NCBI GenBank assembly: GCA_964016885.1
Contig: OZ024741.1
Coordinates: 97,216,001 to 97,280,000 of the forward strand
Source of the DNA: Eledone cirrhosa
Taxonomy: Eukaryota
DNA length: 64,000 nt
Reading direction: 5' to 3'
The notes beneath the pieces were generated by a model, which saw nothing but the letters and a program-made list of their open reading frames with translations, was not told where the DNA came from and searched no databases. Positions 12,321 to 23,499 of the stretch are shown piece by piece (the stretch's first letter is position 1; each line of letters starts with the position of its first letter). Both the position numbers and the translations under genes were made by a program.

Positions 12321-12571
12321 TATATATATATATAATATATTTAGAAACACACAGATACATGCGGACACACACATATACATGAATGCATCCACATCCAACC
12401 GTGAGTTAAGAGTGCCAACCTCACCGATGTTGCTGAATGAATGACCGGGACAGACCAATCCGGTTGAACTAGACTGAACCAGTATCAGAGTTAAAAATAC
12501 ATTATGAAGAGAGAAGAAACATTTAGATATAATTAGTAATAAAATGTATCATACCTAAACTGCTCCTAGAT

Positions 12572-12661
12572 TCCTCGACTACGTAGTTTCGTGGCATAAA
12601 CAAAAACAATACATCATAAAGATATAGAGTCCCTGCGAGGTCTGCCGACTTATCAAGAGGA
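12572..12661 (-). ncRNA. Hammerhead motif with UUGAUAA core and extended stem II
   Basis: UCCUC UUGAUAA GUCGGCA...UGCCAC GAAA CUACGUAG UC GAGGA; stem III ACUACGUAGU is a 10-nt palindrome; GUC site. Confidence 0.75.
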
Positions 12662-13299
12662 TACCTCATTTTACTAGTCTCAAGAACGCGTCTACACGAC
12701 GTGAGAAAGAATCCCAAAAGGCGGAGGGGGAGATAGTCACGCGATATAACGGTCGAGAAACAGAGCTAAGCCTCTTATAATCCCGAAGAAAATACCACAG
12801 AGGCGGAGGGGGTATTTATATCGAAGCCGTAGAAGAGGTGGTGAAGGAGGCGAGAAGTATGAGTAATGGCAGCTTTCCAGCAGTCACCACACTTCAAAGA
12901 TTACTCGACCAGAGGGAGTTATGAACAATATATTTAGAAACACACAGATACATGCGGACACACACACGGTTGGGTGTGGATGCATTCATGTATATGTGTG
13001 TGTCCGCATGTATCTGTGTGTTTCTAAATATATTGTTAATAACTCCCTCTGGTTGAGTAATCTTTGAAGTGTGGTGGCTGCTGGAAAGCTGCCATTACTC
13101 ATACTTCTCGCCTCCTTCACCACCTCTTCTACGGCTTCGATATAAATACCCCCTCCGACTCTGTGGTATTTTCTTCGGGGTTATAAGAGGCTTAGCTCTG
13201 TTTCTCGACCGTTATATCGCGTGACTATCTCCCCCTCCGCCTTTTGGGATTCTTTCTCACGTCGTGTAGACGAGTTCTTGAGACTAGTAAAATGAGGTA

Positions 13300-13389
13300 T
13301 CCTCTTCATAAGTCGGCAGACCTCGCAGGGACTCTATATCTTTATGATGTATTGTTTTTGTTTATGCCACGAAACTACGTAGTCGAGGA
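13300..13389 (+). ncRNA. Inverted-arm copy of the UUGAUAA hammerhead (core UUCAUAA, probably inactive)
   Basis: Same as 12572-12661 except G5C. Confidence 0.6.
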
Positions 13390-13459
13390 ATCTAGGAGCA
13401 GTTTAGGTATGATAGATTTTATTACTAATTATATCTAAATGTTTCTTCTCTCTTCATAA

Positions 13460-13490
<31 letters not shown>

Positions 13491-13499
13491 GTATATACA

Positions 13500-13593
<94 letters not shown>

Positions 13594-13787
13594 TATATGT
13601 GTGTGTGTGTGTATGTGTGTGTGTATGTGTGTGTGTGTGTGAGTGTGGGTGTGTGTGAGTAGTTTTGCATTTGTAGTGAAAGTATGTGCGAGTTCGATTC
13701 CACTAGGTGATAATTCTTTCAACAGGTGCTATTAAGTTAGACATGCCAAAGTACTAGCCGAAATCTTCAACGTATCTCTCTCACTCT

Positions 13788-13866
<79 letters not shown>

Positions 13867-14015
13867 CACACACACAGAGTGAGAGGTCATTGATGGCCGA
13901 ATGAATTAACTATGGAGATATAAAAGATACAGAAGCGAAAACCAACCAAACAGTGAGTGTGTTCCGTTATTATTTCTCGCAATATTATTACAACAATATG
14001 ACCCTCCCAAAGTAT

Positions 14016-14077
<62 letters not shown>

Positions 14078-14081
<4 letters not shown>

Positions 14082-15760
14082 GGAAAAAGTGAAACGAAAT
14101 TTCATTTCCCATTCTTAGTACGGCTGTTACTTAAATATAAGTATGTACACGCACATACATATATGTATACAGACCAACAGTAGTATATATATATATATAC
14201 ATACATGCACACATATATATATATGTACGTATGGATTCACCGAACATTTATGATAATGCTCGGTGAGTTTGTAAACAAACATCCCGTATTAAGCCGTAGT
14301 GTCTAGCAACCATCGTTGCTCGTTTGTTCAACACTGACAAATTTTACACTGTACTAGTTTCAAGCTTATTATCTATCGTCAGCAAAGTAAACCTTCCTGC
14401 CAGATTGTTGAACGTATATACTTACCTTATGCATATTAACGGCTCAGTAGCCAAATGTGCATATCGAGTGGGTTAATCGGCCGGGTACACCGAAACGATA
14501 AACGGAAAAATGAAACGAAATTTCATTTCCCATCTTAGTACGGCTGTTACTTAAATATAAGTATGTACACGCACATACATATATGTATACATACGTACAG
14601 TAGTATGTATATATATATACATACATGCACACATATATATATATGTACGTATGGATTCACCGAACATTTATTATAATGCTCGGTGTGTTTGTAAACAAAC
14701 ATCCCGTATTAAGCCGTAGTGTCTAGCAACCATCGTTGCTCGTTTGTTCAACACTGACAAAGGAACGCTGTACTAGTTTCAAGCTTATTAGCTATCGTCA
14801 GCAACGTATACCTTACTGTCAGATTGTTGAACGTATATACTTACCTTATGCATATTAACGGCTCAGTAGCCCAATTTGCATATCGAGGGGGTTAATCGGC
14901 CGGGTGCACCGAAAACGATAAACGGAAAAATGAAACGAAATTTCATTTCCCACTCTTAGTACGGCTGTTTCTCGTTTCTGTTTCCGTTTAACGTTTTCGG
15001 TGCACCCGGCCGATTAACCCACTCGATAGGCAAATTTGGCTACTGAGCCGTTAATATGCATAAGGTAAGTATATACGTTCAGCAATCTGGCAGGAAGGTA
15101 TACGTTGCTGACGATAGATAATAAGCTTGAAACTAGTACAGCATTCCTTTGTCAGTGTTGAACAAACGAGCAACGATGGTTGCTAGACACTACGGCTTAA
15201 TACGGGATGTTTGTTTACAAACACACCGAGCATTATGATAAATGTTCGGTGAATCCATACGTACATATATATATATGTGTGCATGTATGTATATATATAT
15301 ACATACTACTGTACGTCTGTATACATATATGTATCTGCGTGTACATACTTATATTTAAGTAACAGCCGTACTAAGAGTGGGAAATGAAATTTCGTTTCAT
15401 TTTTTCCGTTTATCGCTTTCGGAGCACCCGGCCGATTAACCCCCTCGATATGTAAATTTGGCTACTGAGACGTTAATATGCATGAGGTAAGTATATACGT
15501 TCAACAATCTGGCAGGAAGGTATACGTTGCTGTCGATAGCTAATAAGCTTGAAACGAGTACAGCGTTCCTTTGAGAGTGTTGACAAACGAGTAACGATGG
15601 TTGCTAGACACTACGGCTTAATACGGGATGTTTGTTTACAAACACACCGAGCATTATAATAAATGTTCGGTGAATCCATACGTACATATATATATGTGCA
15701 TGTATATATATATACATACTACTGTACGTCTGTATACATATATGCATGTGCGTGTACATA

Positions 15761-15765
<5 letters not shown>
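14078..15765. mobile_element. Tandem plus inverted array of ~420-bp HHR-bearing units (non-LTR retrozyme-like)
   Basis: cggaaaaa..gaaacgaaatttc at ~14081, 14503, 14923; inversion near 14970; inverted units at ~14981 and ~15401; four HHR copies. Confidence 0.88.
14765..14807 (-). ncRNA. Intact minimal type I hammerhead ribozyme motif
   Basis: ACGUUG CUGACGA U AGCU AAUA AGCU U GAAA CUAG UA CAGCGU; sibling copies 14346-14388(-), 15102-15144(+), 15524-15566(+). Confidence 0.85.
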
Positions 15766-15831
<66 letters not shown>

Positions 15832-15896
15832 GTATTTATATATATATGTATATATATATATTTATATGTATATATATATATATAGTTATATATATA

Positions 15897-15960
<64 letters not shown>

Positions 15961-15961
<1 letters not shown>

Positions 15962-16717
15962 CAATTAAGTTAAAAATGTACATCCACATATGTATACTGA
16001 AATACTAGTATGCATATGAATACACACACGTGTACATATGTAGATGTACCGAGTTTTTCACTGGACACTTTACTGTGAGTGTCCAGCTATTCTGTATGTA
16101 AACACACAGACAAACCGGTTTTGTCTGTGTGCATACTAGTATTTCAGTATACATATGTGGATGTACATTTTTAACTTAATTGTTTAAGCGTCAGTCATAC
16201 AAAAGTGAGTTACAAACGAAATGAAATTTAATTTCGTTTCGTTATTTGTTTTTATCGTCTCCGCTGAACCGGTACGTACTCACGCTCTATGCAAATTAGT
16301 CTGCCCACTACTAATTTTCATAGAAAAAGCATATAACGATATGTGCTTTTACGATTCTCTAGAAAGGCCGGAAGATAGGTAAATATTGCTGATGAGATGT
16401 AACAACATCGAAACTAGTCCAATTTTCCTTGTCTGGCTTTCTGGAGAATAGAGGAAAGGTGTTTCCTCGAAAACCAGTATGACTCTAAAAACCCGTTTGT
16501 CTGTGTGTTTACATACAGAATAGCTGGACACTCACAGTAAAGTGTCCAGTGAAAAACTCGGTACATCTACATATGTACACGTGTGTGTATTCATATGCAT
16601 ACTAGTATTTCAGTATACATATGTGGATGTACATTTTTAACTTAATTGTTTAAGCGTCAGTCATACAAAAGTGAGTTACAAACGAAATGAAATTTAATTT
16701 CGTTTCGTTATTTGTTT

Positions 16718-16720
<3 letters not shown>
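15961..16720. mobile_element. Fold-back plus tandem HHR element, ~466-bp unit, distant relative of the 420-bp family
   Basis: gcatactagtatttcagtatac at 16131 and 16597; 15961-16115 inverted; (TA)n flanks. Confidence 0.85.
16385..16423 (+). ncRNA. Canonical minimal type I hammerhead ribozyme
   Basis: AUUG CUGAUGA GAUGU AACA ACAUC GAAA CUAG UC CAAU; all core nucleotides and stems intact. Confidence 0.9.
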
Positions 16721-16750
<30 letters not shown>

Positions 16751-16776
16751 GAGCTGGCATATATAAGAACTGCCTA

Positions 16777-16832
16777 ACTGCCTGATGAGGTCATAGCCAT
16801 TCAATGGCTATCATTGAAATATATATAACAGT
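16777..16832 (+). ncRNA. Hammerhead motif with (UA)n stem III
   Basis: ACUGC CUGAUGA GGUCAUAGCCAU UCA AUGGCUAUCAUU GAAA UAUAUA UA ACAGU. Confidence 0.65.
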
Positions 16833-18075
16833 AAATAAAGGATTATGATCTCATGCAATTGACTTATGTTTCGTCACTATATATATATATATACGTTCTC
16901 ACTTCGTCTCAACATTTTTTTTTACCCTGCCAACATTTTGAATCTTGCTAGAACAAGTTGTCGTTGCAAATTCTGATCCAAGAATAAGCCAAGAGATCCC
17001 AATTGTTATTAATAATTTTATTATAAGGAACTGACTGCATTAAAACAAAACTCATATCTTTCTAAAACATATCCTACTGTATGTATCTTTAGACATCATT
17101 TCACCCTAATATAACATAGAAACATTAGGTTCTTAAAGCAGAATATATGATCGACTAAATGAACAGCCAGTTGAAGCATATTATATACATTTACCTCATA
17201 TGAATCCCTGGGATTATAGCGAAACTTTTACACAACACATATATCTGAACGTTGTTTCAATTAACTCGAGGATTGCAACACAATCTTACAATCGTAATTT
17301 TCGCAGCCTTTTTGTCATATATGTGTTACGAAACTATAAGCTGATCCTCGCTATTAAATATATAATTTACTGTTGTTGTATGATGAAAATTTCGATTTTA
17401 TTACAGGCTGGTTGATGGCGTTGGTGGGTTAGGTTAAAAAATGTTTCTATTGGAATTTCATTGATTTTATTATTTAGTTGGTATTTATTTTTCATTCATT
17501 TAGTTATTTCATTTTTAGTTGTTTATCATTACTCTGGTTGCATGTATATATTTTTCTTTAGTTGTAATTAAATTCCATGCGCATTATTTTGTTTAATATT
17601 TAAACCGTTTATATATTTTTTTTATTCATTCTTGCTTTTATATATTTCTGATATTATTTTGTATTATACAATCGTTTAAATATATTAATTTTTCTCAGAA
17701 GAAACAAATTGAATGTAATATTTCTGAGCTAATCTATTAGAACAGTTATTTCCGTTGCAACTGCGCACAATTTCAAAGATTTATTTAATTTTCTCTTTAC
17801 ATTTAAATCTTCAGATAAATGAAACAATTGTCAAAGAACGTGATATCCTCAATGTGTTTCTCTGTTTCTTTCTATATAATTCCTCACCATTATCCACCTT
17901 CTCCCGTTCCACCATTTCGTCTATTTTATGTCTTTTCCTATCAATTAATGTATACGGTATCTATTTATCTTTACTAAGCTATAATTTGTCTCCCTTATCT
18001 TATCGCAATATCCCTCTTTCCTGTACTTCCTTCATTTTCACTATTAGTCGCTCACTCCTACCCTCTCTTTTCTTC

Positions 18076-18151
<76 letters not shown>

Positions 18152-18238
18152 GCTGTCTCTCTCTCCACGCTTATATATACAGAGGGATGTGTGCGTGTAT
18201 AATATACTTGCACGCGCGCGCACACACACACTCACACA

Positions 18239-18319
<81 letters not shown>

Positions 18320-18385
18320 TTCATACAGACAAATATATCTATTATATCTATACATAGGTGATGTGTGTGTGTGCCTGTGTCTGTG

Positions 18386-18416
<31 letters not shown>

Positions 18417-19118
18417 CCCAACCAGCATACATATATTCAAATACATTGGTGAATCTTCATGTATGAATGCTAAGACAGATAACTCCTCAAGTAAGCTAAA
18501 CTCTTATTGTGTCTCATGTAGCCGTTTACCTGCAAACTTAAAAGGTTATTTAACCACAGTATTCAACAAACATGTATAACATTACGAATATTTTACTGCT
18601 CCAATACACTTTTATAGATTGAAAAATGGAAGAAGCACTACACAAATCTGGTTCTCGCTATATATGGAATATGCTGTGTTAATTCTTCGTATTTTATTTT
18701 CTTTCCTTTTTTTTTGCAAGAATTTATTTTGAATATATATTATAAAAACTTCAAGGAAAACGGCAGAATAAACATTGATCATTTGAAACATTAATATTAT
18801 CATACAGAAATACTCTAGGTGTGATAATTTCCGTGACATGTGCGAATGGGGAAGAATTTGAGGGAAAAGAATGTCGAATATATAGCCCCCAGTACTTAAA
18901 TGGTAATATACTTGATCGAAATAGAAAGGATGAAAGGCAAAATTGGCCTTGGGGTTTTGAAGACAAATAGAAAAGGGCGGAGAAACCATTGCAAATTTTA
19001 TTCACACACACGTATATATATACATATGGGTACATGTGTTTGTGCGTGTGTGTGTGTGTATGTGTGTGTGTGTGCGTGTGTATGTGTGTATACATCTCTC
19101 TCTATATATAGATAGTGT

Positions 19119-19265
19119 GGCGAATTGGCAGAGTCGGTGGAACGTCGTATAGAATGTTTTGCATTACTTGTTTTGGCTCTCTGCACTCTGAGTTCAAATC
19201 CTGCCGAATTCAACTTTGCCTTTCATTTATTCGACATCGATTAAAAAAAGTACCACTGGTGTCGA
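19119..19265 (+). mobile_element. tRNA-derived SINE (octopus-type family), truncated
   Basis: A-box-like ggcgaattggcagagtcggt, B-box gagttcaaatcc, then ctttgcctttcat. Confidence 0.75.
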
Positions 19266-19410
19266 TTCCTCATCTATATCTCTTTCTCTCTTCCATTCTC
19301 TTATTCTCTGTTTTCCTTTGGGAGAAATCGGCTATATTCAGACCTGCAGAGGAAAGGGCTGCGCCAGGTTTTAAAATGACCCTTGAATGTGTGTGTTAAA
19401 GGACAATGCA

Positions 19411-19449
<39 letters not shown>

Positions 19450-20947
19450 AACACTCCACCACAGCTGCTATCAAGAACACCTCTGAGAGAGAGAGGGAAA
19501 TAGACAAATCAGAGCAAATCTATTCATACAGACCCCATAACGCTCTTATAATGAATATTCAACAACCATCTAATTATTAAACTCACTAAATAATGAACTA
19601 GTTTCTCAATAAAAAAAATGAGAGGTGAATATTAATTGGTGCATGCGTTTTAGATAAGAGTAGGGCTCTCCTAAAATATAACATCTGCTTAAACACAATT
19701 TAACATCAGGCATTTGCGAACCAAATGCAAAGATGTTTCCGAGTATATTATTCCTTCTTTTCAACTTTCTATCCCGTTGCCACTGGTGGATGGTAATGCC
19801 GATTTTTGCAAAACAAAATGAATCAATAAGGTCAAAGCTGATTGTCAGTGGAAGTCTTCGTTGGAGATGACGCATGTTTTGTCGCAGCTATTTATTCTCA
19901 TTAGTTCTCCAGTGATTTTCTTAAAAGAGTTATTCACCGATATTAATAGGAGGAACTCATGCTGTGCTGCATTCTGAGTGTTGTTCCCAGGAATTAAGGG
20001 CGTCTATGCAAAACTTCATCGTCTGTTTGAAAATAAAGTAGCGCAAATTTGAAAAATACTAGTTCTATTGTTGTCCAAGTTATAGATATATCTATAAGAG
20101 TGTTTGCGAAAGATCAGAATCAAGAGATATAAAGAGAAATAGCCTATAGCCACAGAACAGATTGAGATTCAACCATAGGCGGGAGTAGGACATTACTTTT
20201 CGAACGATCTATAGACTGCTTCACACGTGTGTGTGGTGTATCTGTGTGCACATGCGTGTGTAAGTGTGTGTGTATGCATGGGAATTTCCTGAGTTTGTAT
20301 TAGTTCATCTGTGTGTGCGTCTGTGTATCTGTGAGTGTATGCGCGCCTCTATCTATCAATATGTATATACTTCATATATGCATTTATTTCTTCCACGAAC
20401 ACTCCATAGGTTTCACGTCCTCCACTTTCGAACATATTTCCGCCATCAATCACCCAGGAGCAGTAACTCTATGAGTCACAGCAACAATCATAGTGTCCGC
20501 CTAGAAGAGAAAGGATGGCATGTATTGGAATGCTAATGCTGTGTTATGTCCTGAACTCGAGTTAATCAGCCAAACCAGTGGAAATTATAGGTTCATGTGG
20601 GTGCCTATTTCATTCAATATTATATGTATATTAACAACAACGTGTGTTTATATTTAATAAATGTTTATATGCACTGATAATTTTACAATTTCAATCACTT
20701 GGACTTACAGCTCATTCATCGATTAATCAATACGTACAAAAATATTTTGCTTCATGCTCAGACAACCAGAAAAAATATTAGATAAGTAACACACTTACAC
20801 AAAAGCATACACACACGTGTGCTAACACACATACATATACATGTATGTATGTATATATGTATATATTGTTTTATATATGCATACACACACATATATATAT
20901 ATATTTTGATATATATTGATATTTTTATATATATATATATAAATCTA

Positions 20948-21113
20948 ACAAAGGAATTGTGGTAAGGAACCAGATGGACCATAACGCACCAGAGTACTCA
21001 ATTCTTAGGGTAGTACAGTGGGAAATAGGAGAAAGTATGACCCCGACGGCAGAGTCCAGAAATAACCGTCGAAACGTCTTGAGCTCTGCCGTCGGGGTCA
21101 TACTTTTTCCTAT
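20948..21113. mobile_element. Short fold-back element (family of 2873 and 35503)
   Basis: aaagtatgaccccgacggcagag ... ctctgccgtcggggtcatacttt inverted arms; TA flanks. Confidence 0.75.
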
Positions 21114-21584
21114 ATATACATATATATAGATAAATACAATATATATTTCATTATCAATATCATAATTATTGTTACTAGCAGAAACAAATCCTCGGGCTGT
21201 TTTCTGCTAGCATGTGTAGTGTATATATTGATATTATACGCAAATATATACATGTAGATATGATACGTCAAATAAAATAGTATTTGACAATATACACAGA
21301 ACTTGAAGAGAGTCTGCGTTACACTGTCTTATTTAATCAGTAACGTAATCCATGATACATGAAAAAAAAAACGATATTATACATAAACTGCATTAGGAGA
21401 AAATTAGTGACAGAAAATTAATATGTTTATTTAAGCGATCGCCACCGGAAGTGTTGACATTTGAAAATTTTAAAGAAGTGAATATTTAAATAAATAATAA
21501 GATATTTTTAATGAACAGCCACGAAATTTACTAGATACATTATGTAATATACATTCATTATTTATTCATTATTTTGACGCATCG

Positions 21585-21705
21585 AGTTACGGCCCTTTCC
21601 ATTGTGAGTTCAAATCCCGCCAAGGTTACGGGGTCGATAAAATAAAGTACCAATAATGCATTGGGTCTGTGCTGGCCTTGTGCCAAAAGTAGAAACAATT
21701 ATTTA
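21585..21705 (+). mobile_element. SINE fragment
   Basis: gagttcaaatcccgcc...ggggtcgataaaataaagtacc...ggccttgtgcc. Confidence 0.7.
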
Positions 21706-21814
21706 TTCAAAGTAATTCAACTTATTTTACTAATGGGATAAACAATTATAAATCGTACACAGTCCCGCGCTTCTTACTTTATTATAGTTTACATTATTAT
21801 GAGGAATGAGAGAA

Positions 21815-22050
21815 CTGAGAGATGGCGCTTGCCCAGGTGTCAGGGTGGCCGTGATCTTTTGTGTGGTTTTTGCCACGAGTGATCATCGGGAAATTTTTGA
21901 TGTTTGAAATTTTAAATTTGTTTCGACACATTTCTATATTCTTGTTTTAAACTTTTTACAAGGCCAACACCCACTTCGTATCGTCATGTAACATTCTGTG
22001 CCGTCTGTAATGTTTTTTTGCATGTTAGCCCTTGTGGCCAATAAAGAAAC
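21815..22050 (+). mobile_element. 3' UTR fragment of a Tx1-like LINE
   Basis: T-rich 3' region ending gcccttgtggccaataaagaaa; weak resemblance to the minus-strand Tx1 end at 55810-56500. Confidence 0.4.
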
Positions 22051-22055
22051 CACGG

Positions 22056-22255
22056 GACAGTGGATTGGCAGTATCGGTAGGGAATCGGACGCAATGCTTT
22101 GCAGCATTGTGTTAGCGCCCTTTATTATCTGAGTTCAAATCCTAGCCAGGTTTACTTTTCCTTTCATCCTTACGGGGTCGATAACTAAAGTACCAGTAAT
22201 ACACTGGAATAATTGCTGGCCTCGTGCCAAAAAGTAGAAAAACATTATTATTATT
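22056..22255 (+). mobile_element. Full-length tRNA-derived SINE
   Basis: attggcagtatcggtag...gagttcaaatcc...cctttcatccttacggggtcgata...(att)n tail. Confidence 0.8.
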
Positions 22256-22257
22256 GT

Positions 22258-23350
22258 TCTTTCAGTCTTAGTCATTGATGTTATTTAACTGGAAGGTTTG
22301 TGGAAATGAATATCAAGCCACTACCTGCAGCCACATACATTCCGGATGTATCGGAGAGTTCTTGCTGTTCCCAGTAAGCATGCCTTTTGAAGTGTTCCAA
22401 AAAGCGGGGCTGGACTAATCTTCTTTAACCGTACTTGGAAACTCTTTGAGATAGTACCTAGTGCGCCTATGACAATCGGGACGACCTTGATTTCATGTCA
22501 GTTCCAAATCATTTTTAACTCCCACTTTAAATGAATGTTCTCCCTCTCCTTTTCTTGCACTCTCGTGTCAAATGGGCTGGCTACATCTACAATCAGGCAC
22601 GATCTTTTTTCCTTGTCCAAACCCACCAGGTTAGGCCTATTGTGTTCTAATTTCTTGTCCGTCTGTATCCTAAAATCCCATATCATCTTCACCTGATCGT
22701 TTTCTATCACCGACTCTGGCTTATGCTCATACCACTTCTCAGAATGTGTTAAATTGTTTAATTTGCATAGATGCCATTGCATCACCCTGCCTATCACATC
22801 ATGTCTCCAGCCTTTATAGTGAGTCTGGGCTAGGTGTTTACACTCGGATTGAATGTGAACCACAGTTTCCCCTCTCCCTCTCTCCACAGATGCTATACAG
22901 TGAGCTAGCTCCTCCTTGTCAATATGGTATTTCACCCACTTCGTTCTGAGGGCTTGCTCTTGCGCAGCCATTAGCATTCCTTCTGTAGCCTTTTTAAGGT
23001 CTCTTCTTTTTAACCAGTTACATGTCTGGATCTCTATATTCCGTTTTCTTAAAGAAGGTGGTATGAAGCGATTTTTTATGAAGGTTGCTCTTCCTCCTTG
23101 TTGTTATTTCTTCCTTGGACATCCCCTGGTCTACTGTCTTCTCCTTCAGTACAATTTTGAGCATTGGCTCCATACTGTCAGCCACATATTTGTGCAGGTT
23201 GTTTTTCTCCATCTGAACACAGTCCTCTATGCTGATAAGACCTCTTCCACCTTCAGATCTCCTTAAGTAGAGTCTATCGACATCACTCCTTTTGTGGAAC
23301 ATGTTGTAGATAGTCAATAGCTTCCTATTATTCCTATCCATTTCTTTTTG
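22258..23350 (-). mobile_element. 5'-truncated R4/Dong-type non-LTR retrotransposon (RLE endonuclease), decayed
   Basis: RLYLRRSEGGRGLISIE; AAQEQALRT; ETVVHIQSEC zinc-knuckle remnant; RHD; WDFRIQTDKKLEHNRP; IVDVASPFD; PIVIGALG; (TAA)n 3' tail. Confidence 0.88.
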
Positions 23351-23499
23351 TTCAGCAACTATCCATTTATTATTATTGTCACATTCTGTTTTTGTTTGTT
23401 TTTTACACACAGAAATGCCTATTTGTATCGTCCTGTGTTGTCCTTAATTTTATTCTTTGTGTCAACACTTCTGGTTAATAAAGAAAGCATTATTATTAT

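Larger units (their letters stand above)
12335..13460. mobile_element. Fold-back retrozyme-like element, ~590-bp unit
   Basis: aatatatttagaaacacacagatacatgcgg at ~12335 and ~12927; 12967-13460 is the inverted copy; (TA)n flanks. Confidence 0.85.

Noticed and set aside
12523-13438. Duplicated 64-aa ORF MGFFLTSCRR on both strands
   Set aside because: Result of the fold-back duplication; starts at TTG, overlaps the HHR and has no recognisable domain
14078-15765. CRISPR-like or satellite array
   Set aside because: Units are ~420-bp whole-unit repeats with no unique spacers; eukaryotic context
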